Virus record (IMG/VR): IMGVR_UViG_3300031370_000003
DNA: 46,345 nucleotides
Origin: a virus
Lineage: Duplodnaviria; Heunggongvirae; Uroviricota; Caudoviricetes
Direction: 5' to 3' (one strand)
The notes beneath the pieces are model-generated. The model saw only the letters and a program-made list of their open reading frames with translations. It did not search any database and was not told the origin of the DNA. Positions within the stretch are counted from its first letter, which is position 1; each line of letters begins with the position of its first letter. Below, one piece after another: positions 9,639 through 17,620 of this stretch. The translations under genes were made by a program, and so were the position numbers.

Positions 9639-10177
9639 TCGCAACCGGGCTGGACATTGAATCAACTGGGCTGGACTTCCGCGGTGGCCATCGAGTCATC
9701 GAGATCGCCCTATCCTCCTACAACATCATCACCAAAGAGAAGATAGCAAGCCTGGAGATGCGCTTTAACCCGCGGCGAACCATCCAACCAGAAGCGCAAA
9801 AGGTGCATGGCATCTCATTAGAGATGCTGGCCACCGCTCCACTCTTTGAAGACAAAGCCCCTGAGCTTATCGCGATGTTGGACGCCAGCGACTTTTACAT
9901 TGCTCACAATGGAGAAGGCTTTGATGGCCCGTTCCTGCAACATGAGTTCAATCTCTCTGGTCACACCATGCCAGACAAGCCCATGTTTGACACGATGTTA
10001 GAGGGGCTGTGGGCTACAGAAGATGGGAAGCGCCCTCGTCTGCAAGAGCTGGCTTTTGCGTTGGGGCTGGTCTATGACACGGAGAAAGCGCATAGCGCCC
10101 TCTACGATGTAGATCTGATGATGGAATGCTTCTTCCTTGCGCGCGAGAAATACGGTCTATTCCAACTATCTTTCTAA
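9635..10177 (+). CDS. DEDDh 3'-5' exonuclease (Pol III epsilon-like)
   Basis: ExoI LDIESTG, ExoII AHNGEGFD, ExoIII HSALYD. Confidence 0.9.
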   Translation: MIATGLDIESTGLDFRGGHRVIEIALSSYNIITKEKIASLEMRFNPRRTIQPEAQKVHGISLEMLATAPLFEDKAPELIAMLDASDFYIAHNGEGFDGPFLQHEFNLSGHTMPDKPMFDTMLEGLWATEDGKRPRLQELAFALGLVYDTEKAHSALYDVDLMMECFFLAREKYGLFQLSF

Positions 10178-10188
10178 CCTTGCACAAT

Positions 10189-10205
10189 GGCCGCGCTAAG
10201 CGGCC
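10189..10205. terminator. Hairpin between convergent genes
   Basis: GGCCGC-GCTAA-GCGGCC. Confidence 0.55.
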
Positions 10206-10594
10206 TATTTACATGGGTAAATAGTAATAAAAGCTTTGAGAGCAGCAGCTTCAAGTGGACTATCTCCCATATTCTTTATGACACGTTGACCTTCTTCCCC
10301 CTTGAGGTAGCTTTGCAATGTCAACTCCAACATATCTCCATTAATAATTAAACTATTCGGTGTACAAAAAAGTGGCTTTTGATTAATGACGTCTGAAAAG
10401 GCATTTGAAGTATTAAAACCACTGGCGACACCATTAAGGTATGCCTTGTAAATTTGCACATTACTATTCGTTACGCCTTTGGATGCAACTTCATGATATT
10501 TAAGGTAATCATTTACAGAAAAAATATTTGCTGAGGATGAAATTGCAGGGAAGGAACAGAGGGCTGCAACCAAAAGGAATATTGTTTTTTTCAT
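10205..10594 (-). CDS. Secreted Rap1a/Tai4-like immunity-family protein (moron)
   Basis: Signal peptide; YLNG...FCTP...YL...AL...YPC pattern; AT-rich and antisense to neighbours. Confidence 0.55.
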   Translation of the reverse strand: MKKTIFLLVAALCSFPAISSSANIFSVNDYLKYHEVASKGVTNSNVQIYKAYLNGVASGFNTSNAFSDVINQKPLFCTPNSLIINGDMLELTLQSYLKGEEGQRVIKNMGDSPLEAAALKAFITIYPCK

Positions 10595-10754
10595 ACTTAA
10601 ATTAAATTTTATAGAGAGGGGATAACTATGTTAAACCAACCTATGACGGTTTCAAAATATTTCTGAGCCTAACTTAATTGCTTTTTCCCCTAACTCAGTT
10701 TGGCAAAATAGTTGTCATCACGAAGTACATTTAAAACAAAGAAAGGAAAAGCAC

Positions 10755-11558
10755 ATGTCCAACGCAGCCCAAACAAACGTTTCTGATCTCGATGCTCTGT
10801 CTGCGATCTTGGCATCCCTTGATGAAACCCCAGCCGCCGCTGACAGTCAGATGAAAGGCATCGATTCTTTGCTCGATGAGCTGGAAACGAACGCAGCTGA
10901 GGCCGCCACATCGACACCAGAGAGCATCGCGGCAAAGATCGAAAACGAATTACCGGTTACGCCAGCTGCTGCTTCAGGTGATATGGAACAGGTGATCATT
11001 GATTTAGAAGAGTCGAACACGGCCACACCGCCAGAGAAATCAACGGAGATTTTGGCCGGTGGCGAAGAGAATATTCTCCCGGTGATAGAAGAACCGGCCG
11101 CACCTGAAGTTCAGGAGGAAAAGCAACCTGAACCTAAGCCTAAAAAAGCCAGCACACCTCGTGGTGCTCGATTCACCTTTGACGGTAAGGACGATGCCTT
11201 CTTTGAGAAAGCTGGCCTGCAGCGCGAGGATTTCATGAAGTGCTACAACGAGGCTCCAGTGAAGGCAATGGACAAAATCCAAAACATTATGCACTGGTTC
11301 AGTGGTGGCCCAGATCTGAGCGTGTATACCCGTATTTCGTTACACTCATTAATCGCTGACAAAACGGCCAGCAGCAATAGCCTCAAATTGGCTATGATGA
11401 GCTATCCAGAGAAGCCCTATCCAGTTGGCACTGCCTCCACTCAGGCTGGCCAAATGATGGCAGTATTTCCGGCGCTGGGTATCGCTGAGAAAGATGGGAA
11501 ATCGTTAACCCTTAATGCTGATTCTCCTATCGTCAAAAAGTTTATGGCGGAAGAGTAA
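10755..11558 (+). CDS. Hypothetical protein with acidic low-complexity N-terminus and putative wHTH C-terminus
   Basis: RBS AAGGA; D/E-rich N-terminal half; C-terminal TQAGQMMAVFPALGIAEK. Confidence 0.8.
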   Translation: MSNAAQTNVSDLDALSAILASLDETPAAADSQMKGIDSLLDELETNAAEAATSTPESIAAKIENELPVTPAAASGDMEQVIIDLEESNTATPPEKSTEILAGGEENILPVIEEPAAPEVQEEKQPEPKPKKASTPRGARFTFDGKDDAFFEKAGLQREDFMKCYNEAPVKAMDKIQNIMHWFSGGPDLSVYTRISLHSLIADKTASSNSLKLAMMSYPEKPYPVGTASTQAGQMMAVFPALGIAEKDGKSLTLNADSPIVKKFMAEE

Positions 11559-11722
11559 AGAGACCATCTAAATTCGCCCACGGGAAGGACGCTGTGGGCT
11601 TAACGCAAATAAACAATACAAACCCATCCACTTCGCTAGAAACGCTTCCCTCGCGCTTCCCTGAACGTATTTTTCATGCTGATATAGTCAAACAAAAACA
11701 ATACCACTCTGGGGTAGAGGGA

Positions 11723-12118
11723 ATGACAACAGTAACCACTGAGAAAGAACTCGCACAAGCAATAAAATCTAACCAATCCACTATTACCATCACCGGCGAT
11801 CTGTCTAAGAAAACATTAAAAATTCACGCGACAGGCTCTGTTGCATGGGCGGTCGTAGCCGCCAGTCTTATCGTGGCGGGAGGCGCAGCGTTTGTAACCA
11901 TGGGATCTGGTGGAACCGCGACCCCCGTTGCAGCCCCCACCGCTGCACTGGCAGGTGTTGGCGCAACGTCGGTGCTAGGTATTGGCGCTACCACGTCAGC
12001 CATCAGTGTGATCTTGGCCTCTGGGGGCGTAGCTGCTGGGATGAAAACCCTTAAGTCCCTTAGAAAATATAAAGTCGTCGAGAAATCAGAAGGTATGCTT
12101 GTCCTAAACCGTAGATAA
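11723..12118 (+). CDS. Gly/Ala-rich membrane protein
   Basis: RBS GAGGG; long hydrophobic glycine-zipper-like core. Confidence 0.75.
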   Translation: MTTVTTEKELAQAIKSNQSTITITGDLSKKTLKIHATGSVAWAVVAASLIVAGGAAFVTMGSGGTATPVAAPTAALAGVGATSVLGIGATTSAISVILASGGVAAGMKTLKSLRKYKVVEKSEGMLVLNRR

Positions 12119-12146
12119 CATGAGGGCGCTTCGCGCCCTTATTGCA

Positions 12147-12194
12147 TTGCGAACGGAAAAATAATTTGCGATCATGTAGGTAGTTAACTACCTA
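12147..12194 (+). promoter_or_regulatory. Promoter of dam with a perfect motif-A operator at 12177-12194
   Basis: TTGCGA-17-GATCAT (TG extension) followed by TAGGTAGTTAACTACCTA. Confidence 0.7.
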
Positions 12195-12206
12195 CCGAGA
12201 ATTATC

Positions 12207-12821
12207 ATGATTGCCGCAGAGAAGATTAAAAAGCGCGAGCGTGACAAAGAGCTGCGCGACCTGTGGCGCACTCCACGATGGCTATTTGAGGCCATTCAGA
12301 AATACCTGGGCATCCAGTTTAACGTTGACGTGGCTTGTGATGCCGGCAACGCGCTGCTGCCTGGCTTTATCGGCAGGGAAAGAGACGCGCTTGTTTGTGA
12401 GTGGGGCGAGCCAGGCACAAATGCTTTTCTCAATCCGCCTTATTCCAAGATTAAACCCTGGATAGAGGCTGCTATGCGTGAGCAGCGTCGCGGCGTATCG
12501 ACAGTAATGCTGATCCCCCAATCACTTGATACCGCCTGGTATGAGTTCGCTACTGAATCAGCTAATGAGACGGTGGTGCTGACCGGTGGGCGTGTAGCCT
12601 TTCTGGAACCAGACGTGGAGCTGGGGTTGGTAGAAGTACGTGAAAACCCAGGTGGTAGTATGCTGGTGGTCTTCCGCGGCCACTGCCACCAAGCTGGGCA
12701 CATTCTTCGCAAGGTTTCACTGCCAGTAATGAAAGAGCTGGGTGGTTATGATCCTTTAAAAGCAATCAGAAAGAAGCGCCCCTCCAAGAAGAAACAACCC
12801 ACGTTGGAGCTGGCAGCTTAG
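12207..12821 (+). CDS. dam: Phage-type DNA N6-adenine methyltransferase
   Basis: DLWRTP, VDVACD, catalytic NPPYS; phage Dam family layout. Confidence 0.88.
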   Translation: MIAAEKIKKRERDKELRDLWRTPRWLFEAIQKYLGIQFNVDVACDAGNALLPGFIGRERDALVCEWGEPGTNAFLNPPYSKIKPWIEAAMREQRRGVSTVMLIPQSLDTAWYEFATESANETVVLTGGRVAFLEPDVELGLVEVRENPGGSMLVVFRGHCHQAGHILRKVSLPVMKELGGYDPLKAIRKKRPSKKKQPTLELAA

Positions 12822-12846
12822 CACCACCACAAACCCAATTTATCCA

Positions 12847-12901
12847 ACCTGCTTCCGTATATTTATATACTGGTTAGTTATTTATTTATAGAGAAGCAGG
12901 T
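12847..12901. repeat. 55-bp inverted-repeat element, copy 1
   Basis: ACCTGCTTC-N37 (AT-rich)-GAAGCAGGT; similar element at 38991. Confidence 0.7.
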
Positions 12902-13004
12902 CGGTCGTAAGCAACCCACCAGCCCTTGTCATACCTGGTTTTTTTGGTAGATCACCTTCCCAGAAAAATTATGATCGCTGGACATCAATCAGAAGGAATT
13001 ACAC

Positions 13005-13238
13005 ATGGCACACCCTACCAACGTAGTGGCACTGATCGACACTGATTTTCTCGCCAATGCACGTCAGCTACTAAAAAGCCGCGATCAGTCATTCACGCTT
13101 TATGAGTGGGCGCTTAAGGCGATCCGCGGTGGGCAGCATACAAATGAAGTTGAGCAGCTGATCGGCGAGTTAATCAACGAAGTTCATGGGCTGAATGTTC
13201 AACTTCACGGACGCACTGAGCAGAAAGCCACCGCTTAA
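13005..13238 (+). CDS. Small hypothetical protein
   Basis: RBS AAGGA; 77 aa. Confidence 0.7.
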   Translation: MAHPTNVVALIDTDFLANARQLLKSRDQSFTLYEWALKAIRGGQHTNEVEQLIGELINEVHGLNVQLHGRTEQKATA

Positions 13239-13270
13239 AATAGTAACGCTGTTAAATAGTCATTTAGCTA

Positions 13271-13299
13271 TTTACCGTCTGATCTACCAGTGCTAACAT
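13271..13299 (+). promoter_or_regulatory. Sigma70 promoter facing the ORF-free structured region
   Basis: TTTACC-17-TAACAT with TG extension. Confidence 0.6.
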
Positions 13300-13304
13300 C
13301 CCGC

Positions 13305-13730
13305 CGTCATTTTTCGGAATGGCTCGGCAGATGGGTGGAGGATTATGGCGCTGGCGTCTGCTTAAAGGAACCTGTTACCAGCGATCGAACCGGGACGCGA
13401 AAGCCGCTCGGGGAGAGGGAGAATCAAAGCAGGAGAGAAAAGGAGTCACTGTAGGTTGTCGAAACCAGACGAGTTCCAAGAGGTTGGTGTCTGGTGTTCC
13501 CCTCCTACAGTGAGGAAGGATCTCGATTCTGGGGTATTGCTGCCCACAACCTTCCTAACCGGGACTGGCATTAGATCTCGGTCATAGTTTCTGGCTATGA
13601 TTTGCTCAGGTTAGCGTGGGTTTCAGCGCCCTGCTTCCCTGGGTGAATTATATCCAGAACACACAACCTCTCACTCCGTTCGAGGGAAACCTCACATTCG
13701 TTCGGTTTCTCACTTCTAAACCCATTCTGG
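13305..13730 (+). ncRNA. Candidate structured non-coding RNA or origin element
   Basis: No credible ORF; promoter upstream; stems 13446-55/13504-13, 13464-70/13489-95, 13513-19/13550-56, 13582-87/13595-600. Confidence 0.35.
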
Positions 13731-13844
13731 GTATTGTATATATTTTTCAATTAGTTAATTGTTTCGCGCGAGAAATTTCCGAATTTCCTTGATCTATGTC
13801 ATTCATCATATATGATTTGGTTAATGGAAATTATGGGGTGTTAC

Positions 13845-14435
13845 ATGAAAAAGTTAGACATTAGTGATCACATTTATACCAGGTTGGCTAAACACGCAGT
13901 TGGCTTTGAAACCCCTGAAAGCGTAATCGAACGACTGCTAGATGCTTATGAAATTGTTCCGGGGCAGAAGCCGAAATTGACCTTCATACCTGAAAACGAA
14001 GAAGAATTTAAAGCAAGACTAGTTGAGTCTCGTCATGCTTACGTCGAACTCAGAATGGAAGATGGCACGATTCAGGCCGGTGAATGGAGTGCTCATTCAT
14101 TCAAAGATAGCTCGAACTTAAGAGCGAATATCTGGTCGGGTTATCTTCGGAACTGGTCGAAAAGGGGAATCGTTGCAGCAACTTTTGAGGTCGTAATGTC
14201 CCCAAACAGTGAAGACAAAATAGTACAATCCGCTGAATTCGAAAAGTATGTAATTAACCAACACGCAAGTGGCTCCATTTCCGTTAAGGTTAACGATATG
14301 GATGCAAGACCAGTCAAACCAATGCTGAGGAAGATAGCTGAGGCACTCGATGTCAGCATCGTCAATTCAAACAACAATGATCTAAATACGCGCCAGCTTG
14401 GGGCATCCATTATCAAAGCTCTTACCCCCCCATGA
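13845..14435 (+). CDS. Multi-domain putative DNA-binding protein with a SeqA-N-like ribbon-helix-helix
   Basis: MKKLDISDHIYTRLAKHAVGFETPESVIERLL resembles the SeqA N-terminus; AT-rich. Confidence 0.6.
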   Translation: MKKLDISDHIYTRLAKHAVGFETPESVIERLLDAYEIVPGQKPKLTFIPENEEEFKARLVESRHAYVELRMEDGTIQAGEWSAHSFKDSSNLRANIWSGYLRNWSKRGIVAATFEVVMSPNSEDKIVQSAEFEKYVINQHASGSISVKVNDMDARPVKPMLRKIAEALDVSIVNSNNNDLNTRQLGASIIKALTPP

Positions 14436-14459
14436 GGGGGTTTTTAAACAATCATTTAA

Positions 14460-14495
14460 TAAGTAGTTGACTACCTACATTTAAAATATTAAATT
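14460..14495 (+). promoter_or_regulatory. Motif-A operator (14460-14477) overlapping the -35 of a sigma70 promoter
   Basis: TAAGTAGTTGACTACCTA; TTGACT-17-TAAATT. Confidence 0.7.
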
Positions 14496-14608
14496 GACCG
14501 CGTCAGGACGACGACGGCGCTGGTTTAGCGCTTGCTCCATGGACGGAGCACAAACACGGCTGGGTTCGCCCAGCCGTAACTCTTTGTGTCTCAAGAAGGG
14601 ATTCGTTT

Positions 14609-14920
14609 GTGAATATGTTGTTGTCTTACGCAGACGTTTTGACCGGCATTAAAACCGGCGCCTCCTTCGCACGTCAGAAATGGCCTGCCGACACATCCAT
14701 ACGACTCCGCACCGGGGTGATCAGCTCAAGCGAATACCAGAAAACTGAAGGCAAAGTGTTCTTCGGCCTTCCACTTAACCTTTTTGAAGTCCACCAGCCA
14801 GACGGTTACACCGTATTTCCTGGTTTAGAGATGGTTCTTCCAAATGGCAAGGTGGTTGATTACCTAGCTTCGATGATTGACCAGCTCGCCTGCGATTGGA
14901 AACGAGTGGAAGCTAAATGA
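14609..14920 (+). CDS. DUF2829/Tad2-like protein
   Basis: SYADVLTGIKTGASFARQKW...YLASMIDQLACDWKRV matches the family pattern xAxxxxKxGxxVARxxW...xASQxDxLAxDW. Confidence 0.65.
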   Translation: MNMLLSYADVLTGIKTGASFARQKWPADTSIRLRTGVISSSEYQKTEGKVFFGLPLNLFEVHQPDGYTVFPGLEMVLPNGKVVDYLASMIDQLACDWKRVEAK

Positions 14921-15435
14921 TCAGCTATTTGTTCTTCAAGCGCCGCTACGAGCGCCAGCTTCGGCAGATGGAAATCCGCATCCATGAACTTGAGTCACGT
15001 TGCGATCGCCTGTCCGATGCTTTGGTTACGTTCGGCACCGCAGCCGGTGTAAAGCATGTCGAGAAGCAACGTGGCCGTTCTGAAGTGGAGTTGTGGGGGT
15101 TGTCCGATCCGCCAGTTTTTATAGGGAAGGAAAAATCTCATGCAGCAGTACCAGCTTCAACGACTTCGGCGCGCAGCGCAGCCCCTGTTAGTGATGTTAA
15201 CCATGTGCCTTTTGTGTACATCGATAACGACGATGTTCCAGCTCGGGCCAGCGTCTCTCAGAGTGCCAGCAGTTCGCACCATAGCAGCCCCGCAAGCAGT
15301 TGCTCCGTCAGCAGCAGTTCCAGCCACACCAGCCACCATTCTTCCCACGGGAGCCATAGTGGATTCGACCATGGCGGTGGAAGCTATGACTCAGGCAGTT
15401 CCTTCGATTCAGGTGGATCGTTCGGCTGCGATTAA
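14917..15435 (+). CDS. Hypothetical protein with a Ser/His/Gly-rich disordered tail
   Basis: Coupled start (ATGA overlap); low-complexity tail ending GSFGCD. Confidence 0.75.
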   Translation: MISYLFFKRRYERQLRQMEIRIHELESRCDRLSDALVTFGTAAGVKHVEKQRGRSEVELWGLSDPPVFIGKEKSHAAVPASTTSARSAAPVSDVNHVPFVYIDNDDVPARASVSQSASSSHHSSPASSCSVSSSSSHTSHHSSHGSHSGFDHGGGSYDSGSSFDSGGSFGCD

Positions 15436-15447
15436 AGGAGACGCCTG

Positions 15448-15621
15448 ATGTGGTTCAAAGGCTTAGTGCTTTTTGGTTTTGTGGTGATTGTTTCGTGGAT
15501 CACCAATCTCGTGAAGGTTTTCACGACTGACATCCCGGCGCCCCTCTGGGGAGGCAAAGAGATTGCCAGAGTAATCGGCATTTTCATTCCGCCCCTGGGT
15601 GCAGCGCTCGGATTCTTTTAG
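15448..15621 (+). CDS. Small two-TM membrane protein (57 aa, not in the ORF track)
   Basis: RBS AAAGGAG; MWFKGLVLFGFVVIVSWITNLVK...RVIGIFIPPLGAALGFF. Confidence 0.75.
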   Translation: MWFKGLVLFGFVVIVSWITNLVKVFTTDIPAPLWGGKEIARVIGIFIPPLGAALGFF

Positions 15622-15674
15622 CACGTAACGTAGTGCTTTTACCCCGTTTTGGGCGCGCTACGATATGACCACTT

Positions 15675-15689
15675 AGAAAACAAGTTGTT
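15675..15689 (+). promoter_or_regulatory. Motif-B operator
   Basis: AGAAAACAAGTTGTT just downstream of the -10 TACGAT. Confidence 0.6.
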
Positions 15690-15710
15690 AAATAAACAAA
15701 GGAAAAACGC

Positions 15711-16136
15711 ATGTTAGGTTTGTTCAAAAAGAAAACTCGTAAAGTTGTTGCTGAAGTTAAAAAGATGGAAAACCGCGATGCGGTTGAGGCAACAGTATGG
15801 GGTGCTTATTCCATCGCATATGCAGATGGCACCTGTGATTCCAAAGAGATCGCAACTCTGGAGAAAACCATCTCTGCGCTGCCGGCGTTCGCTCCGTTTG
15901 CTGGCGAAATCGCCCAGATGAGCAGCAATATCCGTGCTCGCTATGAAGCATCCCCTCGCTCCGCTAATGCAGAAGCTCTGCGTCAGTTGGCGGATGTTGC
16001 AGGCACTACTGATGCAGTTGATGTGCTGTGTCTGTGCCTGGACGTTGCTGATAATGATGGTATCGGTGAAGAAGAAGAGAAGCAGCTGAAGAAAATTGCC
16101 CAGGCGCTGCAGCTGCCTCTGGATCAGTACATCTGA
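15711..16136 (+). CDS. terB: Phage TerB-like protein
   Basis: IAYADG...E...LE and VADNDGIGEEEEKQLKKIAQAL are TerB-type metal-binding helices. Confidence 0.75.
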   Translation: MLGLFKKKTRKVVAEVKKMENRDAVEATVWGAYSIAYADGTCDSKEIATLEKTISALPAFAPFAGEIAQMSSNIRARYEASPRSANAEALRQLADVAGTTDAVDVLCLCLDVADNDGIGEEEEKQLKKIAQALQLPLDQYI

Positions 16137-16288
16137 TGATGCGAAACATTCGCCTCGGCGCAGCCGGATTTTTTGCACTGCTCGCGGTCATGGTGGATTT
16201 TGCCAGCCGGTTGATGTCAGTGCTCACCGATGGCGCATTACTGGCGGTCGCAGTTGTCATTCTTCTACCGCTACTGAAAAAGCAGTAA
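16136..16288 (+). CDS. DUF3927-like small membrane protein (50 aa, not in the ORF track)
   Basis: TGATG coupling; MMRNIRLGAAGFFALLAVMVDFASRLMSVLTDGALL; typical neighbour of phage TerB. Confidence 0.7.
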   Translation: MMRNIRLGAAGFFALLAVMVDFASRLMSVLTDGALLAVAVVILLPLLKKQ

Positions 16289-16290
16289 CC

Positions 16291-16314
16291 AAAGGCGTCT
16301 TCGGACGCCTTTTT
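16291..16314 (+). terminator. Rho-independent terminator
   Basis: AAAGGCGTC-TTCG-GACGCCTTTTT. Confidence 0.8.
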
Positions 16315-16391
16315 ATTCGCTCCACTCCCCTGCCCAAGCCGAACCAAATTGCTTAGTGGCCTTTTCCGATGGTGGCAATATACATCCATCG

Positions 16392-16406
16392 AGAAAACAA
16401 GTTGTT
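16392..16406 (+). promoter_or_regulatory. Motif-B operator
   Basis: AGAAAACAAGTTGTT; partial second copy at 16414-16426. Confidence 0.6.
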
Positions 16407-16435
16407 ATCACAAATAAGAAAACAAGGAAAAGCAC

Positions 16436-16975
16436 ATGTGTATTTTATGCGAATTGAAAAAAGCCGCCGCCAAGCAATCTGAAGAGCGCACCTCTGAAGT
16501 CAGCCTCTCAGAAGTGGCCAAACATGCTCGTGCTCTGATCGCTAAAGAGAACCTGCATCCTGTAGAGGTCATTTACGCACTGCAATTCCTGATGCCGGTA
16601 ATGAAAGACCCTGAGATGATGCTGGAGCTGCTTGTTAAAGCTGACGATGAAATGCAGGCGAACAAAGCGCCGCGCACTGGTGATAGCACTGTAGGATCGA
16701 TCCAACGTGTTGAAGAGCTGGAAAAAGAAGTCGCACGCCTTAACTCCCAGATCAATCTGCAGGCCACCAATGGAAAGGCAATGGGTGACGCTCTTGCATC
16801 GTTAAGCGCCAGCATGAATATCGAGCTGCCGGTTCTGGATGGGTCAAACCCACGCTCTACCGTAAAAGCCTTGTCTAATGTGGCTGACAAACTCGAAAGC
16901 CATAAAGCAGGCATCGAGTTCTGGATGCGTGAAATCACCAACCGCTACGATCTGAACAAAACGGCCTCTCATTAA
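16436..16975 (+). CDS. Hypothetical coiled-coil protein
   Basis: RBS AAGGA; heptad-like VEELEKEVARLNSQI. Confidence 0.8.
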   Translation: MCILCELKKAAAKQSEERTSEVSLSEVAKHARALIAKENLHPVEVIYALQFLMPVMKDPEMMLELLVKADDEMQANKAPRTGDSTVGSIQRVEELEKEVARLNSQINLQATNGKAMGDALASLSASMNIELPVLDGSNPRSTVKALSNVADKLESHKAGIEFWMREITNRYDLNKTASH

Positions 16976-17017
16976 TTTAAAATGGGCGCTACGGCGCCCA
17001 TCTCATTTAGGTAAATC

Positions 17018-17620
17018 ATGGACATCATCATCGACAAAGCTCGCACTTATGCGACCGCTGCTCACGGCGCTGTTGGTCAACGCCGCAAGTACACTAACGA
17101 GCCGTACATCACCCACCCAACCGCTGTTGCCGAGCTGGTTCGTGCGCATGGCGGCACCAGAGATATGATTGCGGCCGCGTATCTTCACGATGTCATTGAA
17201 GACACTCAGTTGACCTTTGACGATCTGAAAGAGGCGTTTGGCGAGAGTATCGCCTGGAAGGTTGACGCGTTGACCAATAAAGCCGGCAAAGAAGATGGCA
17301 ACCGCGTACAGCGTTTTGTTATCAACTGCCGCGCGCTGATTAATAGCCTCGATGAAGAAACGATGGTGATCAAACTGTGCGATCTGCTGCATAACACCTC
17401 TTCCATCGTTGAGCATGACCACGGATTCGCTGCGATCTACCTCGCTGAAAAAGAGTTCATGATGGATGAAATCTTTGGCCTGATGGAGGGCGGTCTGGCC
17501 GACATTGTCCGTGCAAAATTAGTGTGGGGCTATGAGCAACTGAGTGCCAGCTTCAAGGCGCGCCATTTAAAGCATCTGCGCACTATCCAGACTGCTTGGA
17601 GTGAACAAGATGCTGCCTGA
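17018..17620 (+). CDS. HD-domain RelA/SpoT-hydrolase-like (Mesh1/SAH) protein
   Basis: AH..Q.RK...EPYITHP, AAYLHDVIEDT, V..LT, IKLCDLLHN. Confidence 0.85.
   Translation: MDIIIDKARTYATAAHGAVGQRRKYTNEPYITHPTAVAELVRAHGGTRDMIAAAYLHDVIEDTQLTFDDLKEAFGESIAWKVDALTNKAGKEDGNRVQRFVINCRALINSLDEETMVIKLCDLLHNTSSIVEHDHGFAAIYLAEKEFMMDEIFGLMEGGLADIVRAKLVWGYEQLSASFKARHLKHLRTIQTAWSEQDAA

Noticed and set aside
12847-12901. Protelomerase telRL or Xer dif site
   Set aside because: Centre is not a perfect palindrome, there is no match to the XerC/XerD arms and no telN in the window
13319-13513. 64-aa ORF in the structured region
   Set aside because: No RBS, no protein-like features; overlaps long RNA stems
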